Source: Candidatus Woesearchaeota archaeon (lineage in GTDB: Archaea > Nanobdellota > Nanobdellia > SCGC-AAA011-G17 > GW2011-AR20). From it: DNA of 64,000 nucleotides. The translations under genes and the position numbers were made by a program. Numbering within the stretch: position 1 is the first letter of the stretch; each line of letters opens with the position of its first letter. Under the pieces are notes generated by a model. The model was not told the origin of the DNA. It did not search any database and worked only from the letters and a program-made list of their open reading frames with translations. Shown in pieces: positions 37,229 to 44,133 of this stretch. Location: assembly GCA_018303025.1 (NCBI GenBank), contig JAGVYZ010000018.1:5250-69249 (forward strand), written 5' to 3'.

Positions 37229-37771
37229 TTAAATCATTTTTGCAGAAATAATTTTTACTTCAGTTAAAGGTCTGTCATTTGAATCTGTTTTTACTAAACC
37301 CATTTTATCAACAACATTCATGCCTTCAACAACTTTTCCAAAAACAGGATGTTTAGCATCTAAAAAATTATTATTAACTAAGTTAATAAAGAATTGGCTT
37401 CCACCAGTATTAGAGCCAGCATTAGCCATTGAAATAGTATATTTATCATTTTTATTATGATTAGTAAACTCATCTTTGATTGCATAACCAGGACCACCTC
37501 TTCCTGTTCCAGTAGGGTCTCCTCCCTGAATCATAAAACCAGCCATAATCCTATGAAAAATAACATTATCATAATATCCTTCATTAACTAATTTTTTGAA
37601 ATTACCAGTTGTTATTGGCATATCATTAGCTAATTCAATAGTAATATCACCCATTGTAGTTTTCAATAAAACTTTTTCTGTTTTAGTATTATTCAAATTG
37701 GTCATAAATATTACTCCAATAATTGCAATAATTAAAACTATCGCTAAAACATATTTTATTTTCAGTTTCAT
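37229..37771 (-). CDS. cyclophilin-type peptidyl-prolyl cis-trans isomerase with N-terminal membrane anchor
   Basis: FHRIMAGFMIQGGDP, SMANAGSNTGGSQFFI. Confidence 0.9.
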   Translation of the reverse strand: MKLKIKYVLAIVLIIAIIGVIFMTNLNNTKTEKVLLKTTMGDITIELANDMPITTGNFKKLVNEGYYDNVIFHRIMAGFMIQGGDPTGTGRGGPGYAIKDEFTNHNKNDKYTISMANAGSNTGGSQFFINLVNNNFLDAKHPVFGKVVEGMNVVDKMGLVKTDSNDRPLTEVKIISAKMI

Positions 37772-37785
37772 TTTCTTTCTTTTTT

Positions 37786-37941
37786 ACCTTTAGCTTTTTT
37801 CCAAAATGCTTTTTCTTTAGCGTAGGTTTCTAAATGCTTCTTTTTTGGTGTAGCTTTTTTCTAATGCTTCTTTTTTAGTGTAGCTTTTTTCTAATGTTTC
37901 TTTTTTAGTGCAGGTTTTTTCTTTTCAAAGAAAAAAAGTGC
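37786..37941 (+). repeat. tandem array of about 30-bp units next to the tRNA-Leu 3' end
   Basis: Units at 37818, 37847, 37877 (AGTGTAGCTTTTTTCTAATGCTTCTTTTTT), a degenerate unit near 37786, and a last unit at 37907 that is a family A AGTGCAGGTT-hairpin-GTGC module. Confidence 0.75.
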
Positions 37942-38094
37942 TGCGGGAAACAGGGCTTTCGGAAGTTCTTTTCTTTTCAAGGAGTTCTTTTCCCTGAAGG
38001 CTTTTCTTACAAGAAAAGGCTTCGTTCGAACCTGCGTAGGCACTAAGCCACTAGGTCCTAAGCCTAGCCCGTTTGACCACTCCGGCATTCCCGC
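37942..38094 (-). tRNA. tRNA-Leu(UAG) with 69-nt T-loop intron
   Basis: Acceptor GCGGGAA/TTCCCGC+A, anticodon arm CTAGG-CTTAGGA-CCTAG, long variable arm, T stem GCAGG/CCTGT. Confidence 0.85.
37955..38023 (-). other. tRNA-Leu(UAG) intron at position 59/60 (or 60/61)
   Basis: GAAGCCTTTTCTTGTAAGAAAAGCCTTCAGGGAAAAGAACTCCTTGAAAAGAAAAGAACTTCCGAAAGC between TTCGAAC and CCTGT. Confidence 0.8.
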
Positions 38095-38140
38095 AATAAA
38101 ATTAAAAGAAATATAGGAGTATAAAAAGATAACTAATATA

Positions 38141-38166
38141 ATTTTGGAGTAGTAACAAATAGTAAA
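38141..38166 (+). promoter_or_regulatory. upstream motif ATTTTGGAGTAGTAACAAATAGTAAA followed by a TATA box
   Basis: Matches 23861-23886; followed by ATTATATAAATA about 25 nt upstream of ATG 38197. Confidence 0.5.
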
Positions 38167-38196
38167 TTATATAAATACCAAAAACCTGGCTTTTTT

Positions 38197-39300
38197 ATGA
38201 AATCAGCATACGCATTATTAGTTGCTGCTACTTTAGCATTTGGAGCTAAAACTGCAACTTCACAACCAATAGAATCATCCAGACATTATTCAATAGAGTT
38301 AGCTAATTATCTTTCTGCAAATAATTTAATTCCAGAACAAGCTATAGTAGCTTTAGATGATTCTATTCAAATTACTCATAGAAGATATTCTACAAAATTA
38401 CAAACATTGGCAGAAGATTCAGCAAGAACATTTGGTTCAATGCCAAGAACATTAGAAGAAATTAGAAGTAGAATAGATTTAATAGATAATATAAGAAGAG
38501 AAGTTGGAACTCAAATTGAAGGAAAATATGTTGAAAGATTCAGACAATTCGAAGCTGAAGAAAGAGTATTAAATACAGATGCAAGAAGAAAAGCTAGATA
38601 TTTAGCAGTAAAAGCTAGAGATGCATTAAATGATGGTTTTTTTGATAAATACTTTATAGATGGAGACGATGCAAGAGCTTATTTTTTAGAAAAAATATTA
38701 AATTACTATTCTAGTGGTCCTTACATGAGTAGCGTAGAACTTGACTCATCTTTAGTTAGAAGTTTTTTTTCAAGTCATTTTAGAGAATCAATGATTGCAT
38801 TAGTTGGTGAAGATTCAACAATTGTTAGAAGAATGCAAAGAGATATAGACCCATATACCCTAGAGAGAGTCAGGACTCAAAAACAACAAATGGGAATTAC
38901 TAATGATCCGTATAATTCCTATTCACAATACCATGATGAATTCTTGATACCTAGAAAACTTATGATATATAACAAGAGAGATAGTTTAAAAGAACAATGT
39001 GACAGAGAAATTGGGTTAGCTATTCAAAGAGCATTAATTCCTTTTGGTGGCAGTGATGAGTTTGGAGGGAGTGAAGAATGGAGAAGATTAGTTGAAGAAT
39101 ATAATAGATTAAATAGTAGACAAGATGTTTTAATGAATATATTTGCAACAGCACATGAAATTCAACCAAGGTTAACTGGTTATTATACAAATCCTATTTC
39201 TAATCCTAAAGAATTATTAAGATTAGGAAGAGAACAATTATTCCAACAAGAAGCAAGTGAAATCGAAAGATTTGAAAGATTGATAAGATTATTAAATTAA
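38197..39300 (+). CDS. secreted hypothetical protein (Arg/Glu-rich, helical)
   Basis: Signal peptide MKSAYALLVAATLAFGAKTATS; no family recognised. Confidence 0.45.
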   Translation: MKSAYALLVAATLAFGAKTATSQPIESSRHYSIELANYLSANNLIPEQAIVALDDSIQITHRRYSTKLQTLAEDSARTFGSMPRTLEEIRSRIDLIDNIRREVGTQIEGKYVERFRQFEAEERVLNTDARRKARYLAVKARDALNDGFFDKYFIDGDDARAYFLEKILNYYSSGPYMSSVELDSSLVRSFFSSHFRESMIALVGEDSTIVRRMQRDIDPYTLERVRTQKQQMGITNDPYNSYSQYHDEFLIPRKLMIYNKRDSLKEQCDREIGLAIQRALIPFGGSDEFGGSEEWRRLVEEYNRLNSRQDVLMNIFATAHEIQPRLTGYYTNPISNPKELLRLGREQLFQQEASEIERFERLIRLLN

Positions 39301-39311
39301 CACACTTAAGA

Positions 39312-39608
39312 TTATTTTGAATCAAAAATAGGACATTCTGTTTTAATTTTAGTTATATTTTCATTAATAGGTTTCATTTCATTTCTTAAGTCTCTCACAT
39401 CCCTATTGATGTGATTTATATCTTCACTAGCCCTGTCAAGTTTATGCATTGCCCATCCAGCAATATAAACAACACCCGCAAGAGGAGAGTATTCCAACCA
39501 AGCAGGTGTATTAATAAAACCAAGTAGTTTCAAAATTAGCCATAGACTAACGCCTATCAAAGAAGCCCATGCAATATAATCCCAAATAGTAGCACCTCTT
39601 TTAACCAT
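39312..39608 (-). CDS. small membrane protein
   Basis: 98 aa, two TM helices then a charged helical tail. Confidence 0.4.
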   Translation of the reverse strand: MVKRGATIWDYIAWASLIGVSLWLILKLLGFINTPAWLEYSPLAGVVYIAGWAMHKLDRASEDINHINRDVRDLRNEMKPINENITKIKTECPIFDSK

Positions 39609-39654
39609 GTAAAAATTAAGAAATCAAAACTTATAAAACTTTTCCTAAAAAAGC

Positions 39655-40443
39655 TTATTTAATTTTCTTAATTTCTTTCTCAAGTTCAGAAAGATTTTTT
39701 TCAATAGCTTTGAAAGCTTCTTTCATTAGTTCTTTTTCTTCTAATTGTCCCCAGCTTTCTAAAGTAAATATAAATTTAGTCTTGCTTCCTTCAACATTAA
39801 TGCTTCCTTCAGGTTCAGCAATTTCAGAACAAGCATTGCATAAAGTGCAATTAAGTAAATTTTTAACTTTTAATTTATCACCTTCAACTTCATAAACATT
39901 AGTAGGGCAGACTTCTTTGCAATTTTTCACATTTTCTAATTTATTTTCAACTTTTATAGAAGGATAAGCTTGGTAAAACATTAAGCCAGGTGAGAATTTA
40001 GCATGCTCTTTTCCTATTCCCAATGTAGCAACAGCTTCTATTTTCAAAGCCTGATTTTTATCATTTAATTTAGTTAAAGGCATTTTATCAAAAACAGGAA
40101 CAACTTTAGGATCATCTGATTTAAAATCAGAACTATAAACAGTGCAAGGTCCTTTAACATCAATAGTTAAATTAACTCTGCATAGTGCACATCCATTTCC
40201 CTTGCATTTGCATTCAGAAGGTAAATTATAAGCACCTAAATCAGTTTTTAATGGAACCAATCCCATTCTATGAGCTAATATTTCATCATATAAACCAGAA
40301 TTGTTTTTTACAACATTTATTTCTTTAATAGCCATTACAGGAACCTGAGTCATTACAGCTCTTCTTAATGTATTAGCAATAACATGGTCAATATTATCTA
40401 TTACAAACTTTATTTTGTTTTCAGATTTAGCTAAAATTTCCAT
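39655..40443 (-). CDS. rpoD: DNA-directed RNA polymerase subunit D (Rpo3)
   Basis: ANTLRRAVMTQVPVMAI, LAHRMGLVPL; inserted Cys clusters CKEVCPTNV / CTLCNACSE. Confidence 0.9.
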   Translation of the reverse strand: MEILAKSENKIKFVIDNIDHVIANTLRRAVMTQVPVMAIKEINVVKNNSGLYDEILAHRMGLVPLKTDLGAYNLPSECKCKGNGCALCRVNLTIDVKGPCTVYSSDFKSDDPKVVPVFDKMPLTKLNDKNQALKIEAVATLGIGKEHAKFSPGLMFYQAYPSIKVENKLENVKNCKEVCPTNVYEVEGDKLKVKNLLNCTLCNACSEIAEPEGSINVEGSKTKFIFTLESWGQLEEKELMKEAFKAIEKNLSELEKEIKKIK

Positions 40444-40530
40444 TTTTATCTTGATTAATTTATAAAATACGGTTTTTAAACCTTTGCTTCAAAAAAATAA
40501 AGGCATTTTTGGGATTAATATATAGTCTAA

Positions 40531-40605
40531 AATATATATTAAAAGGTAGGGTTACAGGACAAACACCCTCGTGGAGTATTTAAATAGAATTTACTTCTTC
40601 TATCT
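40531..40605 (+). promoter_or_regulatory. conserved upstream element U2 + TATA box
   Basis: AATATATATTAAAAGGTAGGGTTACAGGACAAACACC then TATTTAAATA; AGGACAAA ends 43 nt before the ATG. Confidence 0.7.
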
Positions 40606-41769
40606 ATGTTAAAAAATGAAGATTTAAGAAACCTAAATGAAGAAGAATTTAAGCAAGTTTATGAATATTTAAGGATAAAAACAGAGAACTTTAAGACTAT
40701 TACTCCTTCTTTAATCTTAGAAAATAACCAATATTTGTTAATATTTAGAATATGCTTGGGTTTATCTCAAAAAGAATTCGCTAAAAAATTAGGAAAAACA
40801 AAAGATTGGTGCAGACATACAGAAGCCAAAAGAAATAAAATAGAAAAAGTCAAAATAGCAGAAAGATATACTAAAAAAATAACAGAATTAATCAATAAAA
40901 AAGAGGTTAAATTAGAAAATTCTTTAATAAATTGGGAAAAATATAATTCTTTTTCTAAAGACCAAATATTACCGGAAGCTGAAATAAAATTAAAATCTTT
41001 TTCTAAATTAACAGAAGAAAACTTAAAAGATTATTTTGATTTAATCAAAAGAGAAACTAATAATTTTACTGAGATTAGCTCTGAATTATTTATAAAAATA
41101 CCACAAAGTATTCTTATTTTTAGAATTATATTAGGACTATCTTACAGAAAATTCAATCAAGTGTCTAATATAAGTGAGAAACAAATAAGAAATTATGAAC
41201 ACTTAACTAATAATATTAAACCGACCCTAGCCAAAAAAATTTCGAATATTGTTACAAGCTTATTGATAAATAAGAATATAGAATTTCAACAGTTTTTAGA
41301 GAATTATAGAATTTTAAAAGGATTTTATGGATGCAGAGATTTAAATTTCTTAGTTAATCAAGGATTGAATAGACTAGCAATGATAAAACCAACAAAATAT
41401 GAAGAAGAAATAGCTAAACTCTTAGAAAACCAAAATATAAAATTTGAAAGATATAAAATATTGAACGGAGTAAAAAGTAGGTTTAACATTGATTTTTATG
41501 TTCCTGATAAAAATATAGCAATAGAAGTTTTTTCTTATAATAATTGCAAAAAAAGAGGTAATATAAAATCAAAAGCTTGCTTAGTTGATCATAGATTTCA
41601 ATCATTAAAATCAAAAGATTCTAAACTAAGAACGATCATGTGCATAAGAATAGAAGGTAAACCAATTTTGCATAATTATGTAAAAAATTATATAGATATG
41701 GAACTTCTTAATACAGATTATTTGTTAATAAATAAAGAAGTAAATAATTTATTATATTTAATTAAATAA
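40606..41769 (+). CDS. protein with two XRE-type HTH modules and a C-terminal endonuclease-like (DUF559/Vsr-like) region
   Basis: Repeated IFRICLGLSQKEFAKKLG / IFRIILGLSYRKFNQVSN; C-terminal ...RFNIDFYVPDKNIAIEVF...; the nuclease assignment is tentative. Confidence 0.45.
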   Translation: MLKNEDLRNLNEEEFKQVYEYLRIKTENFKTITPSLILENNQYLLIFRICLGLSQKEFAKKLGKTKDWCRHTEAKRNKIEKVKIAERYTKKITELINKKEVKLENSLINWEKYNSFSKDQILPEAEIKLKSFSKLTEENLKDYFDLIKRETNNFTEISSELFIKIPQSILIFRIILGLSYRKFNQVSNISEKQIRNYEHLTNNIKPTLAKKISNIVTSLLINKNIEFQQFLENYRILKGFYGCRDLNFLVNQGLNRLAMIKPTKYEEEIAKLLENQNIKFERYKILNGVKSRFNIDFYVPDKNIAIEVFSYNNCKKRGNIKSKACLVDHRFQSLKSKDSKLRTIMCIRIEGKPILHNYVKNYIDMELLNTDYLLINKEVNNLLYLIK

Positions 41770-41788
41770 ATTTTAACTACTTACAAGT

Positions 41789-42202
41789 TTATACACGACG
41801 ACCACGTCTAAAATGTTTTTTGCGACACCCATCATGAGGGAGAGGTGTAACATCTTCTATGTTTCCAATTCTAAAACCTTCTCTTGATAATGTTCTAACA
41901 GCAGCTTGTGCACCAGGTCCTGGATTATTAGGTCCATTGTGTCCACCAGGTGCTTTTATTCTAATATGTAAAGCATTAATACCATGTTCTCTTGCTAAGT
42001 CAGCTGCTTTTTTAGAAGCCATCATAGCAGCAGTTGGACTGCTTTCAAGTCTATGAATTTTAACAACCATACCACCAGAAGTTCTTGCTATTGTCTCACT
42101 CCCAGTAATATCAGTAATATGAATAATTGTATTGTTATAACTAGAATAAATATTAGCTATTCCCCATCTTAATTCAGGTCTTTTTATAGGAGTTTCATTC
42201 AT
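41789..42202 (-). CDS. rps11: 30S ribosomal protein S11 (uS11)
   Basis: [19 protein letters not shown]...; C-terminal ...[11 protein letters not shown]. Confidence 0.92.
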   Translation of the reverse strand: MNETPIKRPELRWGIANIYSSYNNTIIHITDITGSETIARTSGGMVVKIHRLESSPTAAMMASKKAADLAREHGINALHIRIKAPGGHNGPNNPGPGAQAAVRTLSREGFRIGNIEDVTPLPHDGCRKKHFRRGRRV

Positions 42203-42247
42203 TTTTTATTTTCCCTTGAGGCTTTTTTAAAAAGGCTCATTTCATTC
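42203..42247 (-). repeat. family B hairpin element filling the S4-S11 intercistronic spacer
   Basis: Sense strand ATGAGCCTTTTTAAAAAAGCCTCAAGGGAAAATAAAAAATG; hairpin core 42218-42238. Confidence 0.8.
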
Positions 42248-42968
42248 ATTTTTTAGCCTCTTCTTTTTTTGCAGGTTTCTCTTTTTTTGTTTTTTCTTCC
42301 TGAAGGTTCTTTTTTAAAGAAGCTTCTTTATCTTCTTTTTTTTCAAAAGTTTTCTTAGGTTTTTCTTCCTTATGGGATTCTTCTTTTTTCTCTTCCTTAT
42401 TTATTTTCCCTGAATTTTTTCTTTCTCCCTGAAGGCTCTTTCCTAAAGAGGCTTCAACTTTAGGTCTTTCAGGATGATCTTCTTTATTAAAAGCAGATTT
42501 AGGGTTATAATTAATTTTCCCTCTTTCACTTTGCATGACTAAATAAGAAGGAACAGTAACTTTCTGTCCATTTACACTAATATGTCCATGAACAATTAAT
42601 TGTCTTGCCTGATTTGCTGTTTTAGCTAAACCAGCCTTGTAAACAATTGATTGCAATCTTAAGTTCATAATATCGTTTAAAGTTAAACCTAATATAGTAT
42701 CTAAATCAGATTTTTCAGTTAATAATCCTAATTTAACTAATCTATCAACAAGTTGTTTTTTCTCTTTTTCACCTTGTTCACTATCATCATATAATAAGAC
42801 TTTAGCTTGTCCTCTTATTTTGCTTAAGAGAGAATTCATTTTCCAGATTTCATTTTTTCTCTTCAAGCCAAATTCAATAGCTAATGCTTTATCATGTTCA
42901 ATCCTTGCTCTTTGCCAAGGATGATTAGGAGTTTCATACTTTTTTCTGAATTTTCTTGCTAATCCCAT
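42246..42968 (-). CDS. rps4: 30S ribosomal protein S4 (uS4) with long Lys/Glu-rich C-terminal extension
   Basis: MGLARKFRKKYETPNHPWQ..., S4 domain LQSIVYKAGLAKTANQARQLIVHGHISVNG; about 70 extra C-terminal residues containing two hairpin repeats. Confidence 0.9.
   Translation of the reverse strand: MGLARKFRKKYETPNHPWQRARIEHDKALAIEFGLKRKNEIWKMNSLLSKIRGQAKVLLYDDSEQGEKEKKQLVDRLVKLGLLTEKSDLDTILGLTLNDIMNLRLQSIVYKAGLAKTANQARQLIVHGHISVNGQKVTVPSYLVMQSERGKINYNPKSAFNKEDHPERPKVEASLGKSLQGERKNSGKINKEEKKEESHKEEKPKKTFEKKEDKEASLKKNLQEEKTKKEKPAKKEEAKK
42302..42326 (-). repeat. family B mismatch hairpin copy inside the S4 tail
   Basis: Sense GAAGCTTCTTTAAAAAAGAACCTTC, translated EASLKKNLQ. Confidence 0.8.
42431..42455 (-). 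repeat. family B mismatch hairpin copy inside the S4 tail
   Basis: Sense GAAGCCTCTTTAGGAAAGAGCCTTC, translated EASLGKSLQ. Confidence 0.8.
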
Positions 42969-42971
42969 TTT

Positions 42972-43015
42972 GTTTTTTATTTTCCCTTGAGGCTTTTTTA
43001 AAAAGGCTCATTTTA
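42972..43015 (-). repeat. family B hairpin element filling the S13-S4 intercistronic spacer
   Basis: Sense AATGAGCCTTTTTAAAAAAGCCTCAAGGGAAAATAAAAAACAAAATG; core 42989-43009, identical to 42218-42238. Confidence 0.8.
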
Positions 43016-43519
43016 TTATTTTTTCCCCTTTCCACCTTTATCGCTGGTTGGTGCTGGTTTTGCAGCTTTTCCAGGTACAGCTTTTTTCTTTTGTACACCA
43101 ATAGACCTTCCTTTTCTGAAGTGACTCTTTGTTTTTTGTCCTCTCACTGGCTGGTCAATTGCATGTCTTAATCCTCTTCTTGACCTTACTTTTTGTAATC
43201 TTTTAATATCAAAATCTCTTGTTAATCTTACTTCAGAAGATAATACATGTAAATTTTTTCCTGTTTCAATGTCATTTCTTCTGTTTAACATCCAAGTTGG
43301 AATTTTTTCAGAAGGATTAGCTAATAATTCTTCTAATGCTTTTATTTTTTCAGGGCTTAATTCTCCTAATTTTCCATGTGGATCTAAATGCAAAACATTG
43401 CATATTGCATTAGAGAACATAAAACTAATTCCTTTGATTTTTGTCAAGCCATGAAAAACCTTTAATCTACCGTCTAAATCAGTATTTCTTATCCTTACAA
43501 TTGCTCTCATTTCACTCAT
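43016..43519 (-). CDS. rps13: 30S ribosomal protein S13 (uS13)
   Basis: MRAIVRIRNTDLDGRLKV...; the track ORF starts at a TTG, so ATG 43519 is preferred; basic C-terminal tail. Confidence 0.9.
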   Translation of the reverse strand: MSEMRAIVRIRNTDLDGRLKVFHGLTKIKGISFMFSNAICNVLHLDPHGKLGELSPEKIKALEELLANPSEKIPTWMLNRRNDIETGKNLHVLSSEVRLTRDFDIKRLQKVRSRRGLRHAIDQPVRGQKTKSHFRKGRSIGVQKKKAVPGKAAKPAPTSDKGGKGKK

Positions 43520-43610
43520 TTTAAAATACAACCTAAAAAATCATTTATAAAGCTTTTTATTCTCTGGTTTTTAAGAATTTTTCTTTTAGTAAAGATTTTT
43601 ATTATGAAAA

Positions 43611-44060
43611 TTAAGCAGCTCTTTTTCTTACTGGTTCTTCTCTAAGTTCATCTCCATCAAATAATAAGCCATCAATAGTTCCATGATAAACTATTTCTGC
43701 AATTGAAGGAGTATATATAGCACCTTTCCAAGCTTCTCTATCCAAAACAAGAGATGCAATAGTAGCAGGAGTAGAATCAGTTTCTCCTACTTTCATACCA
43801 GTTATAAAATATTTAACTAGAACACCTTGAGATTTATCAGGTTCATTTCTTATTTCTATATCTTGATGTCTTACCCAAGCATGAATATTATGAGTATTTA
43901 GTTCATCTCTTGCTCCATTAAAAGGAGGCATTACTCTTTGAAGAAGAAAATCATAAGTTCCTTCTTTTCCATCAATTTCAATTAAATAATGATTTGCTTC
44001 ACTGCCTTCACCAACAACTCTAAAAGTAACTTCTTGACCAACTAAACATCTGTCTCTCAT
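43611..44060 (-). CDS. hypothetical protein (orphan) inserted between DUF655 and S13
   Basis: ATG 44060 (MRDRCLVGQ) has TTTTTATATT about 20 nt upstream; the longer track ORF starts inside a family A repeat. Confidence 0.45.
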   Translation of the reverse strand: MRDRCLVGQEVTFRVVGEGSEANHYLIEIDGKEGTYDFLLQRVMPPFNGARDELNTHNIHAWVRHQDIEIRNEPDKSQGVLVKYFITGMKVGETDSTPATIASLVLDREAWKGAIYTPSIAEIVYHGTIDGLLFDGDELREEPVRKRAA

Positions 44061-44103
44061 AAAATTTAAGAATATAAAAAAACTTAAAAGCTTATCTGTA
44101 GGA

Positions 44104-44131
44104 GGGTTCATAAAGGGTGTTAAACCCTTAT
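44104..44131 (+). repeat. family A repeat copy
   Basis: gggttcataaagggtgttaaacccttat; hairpin AAGGGT-GTTAA-ACCCTT. Confidence 0.75.
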
Positions 44132-44133
44132 CC

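Noticed and set aside
37786-37941. Possible CRISPR array
   Set aside because: The units are contiguous tandem repeats with no unique spacers, and no cas genes are present in the window.
37891-38088. 65-aa ORF (MPEWSNGLGLGPSGLVPTQVRTKPFLVRKAFREKNSLKRK...)
   Set aside because: It is the translation of tRNA-Leu(UAG) plus its intron. The near-identical peptides at 60793-61035 and 60821-61024 arise the same way from the tRNA-Leu(CAA) copy.
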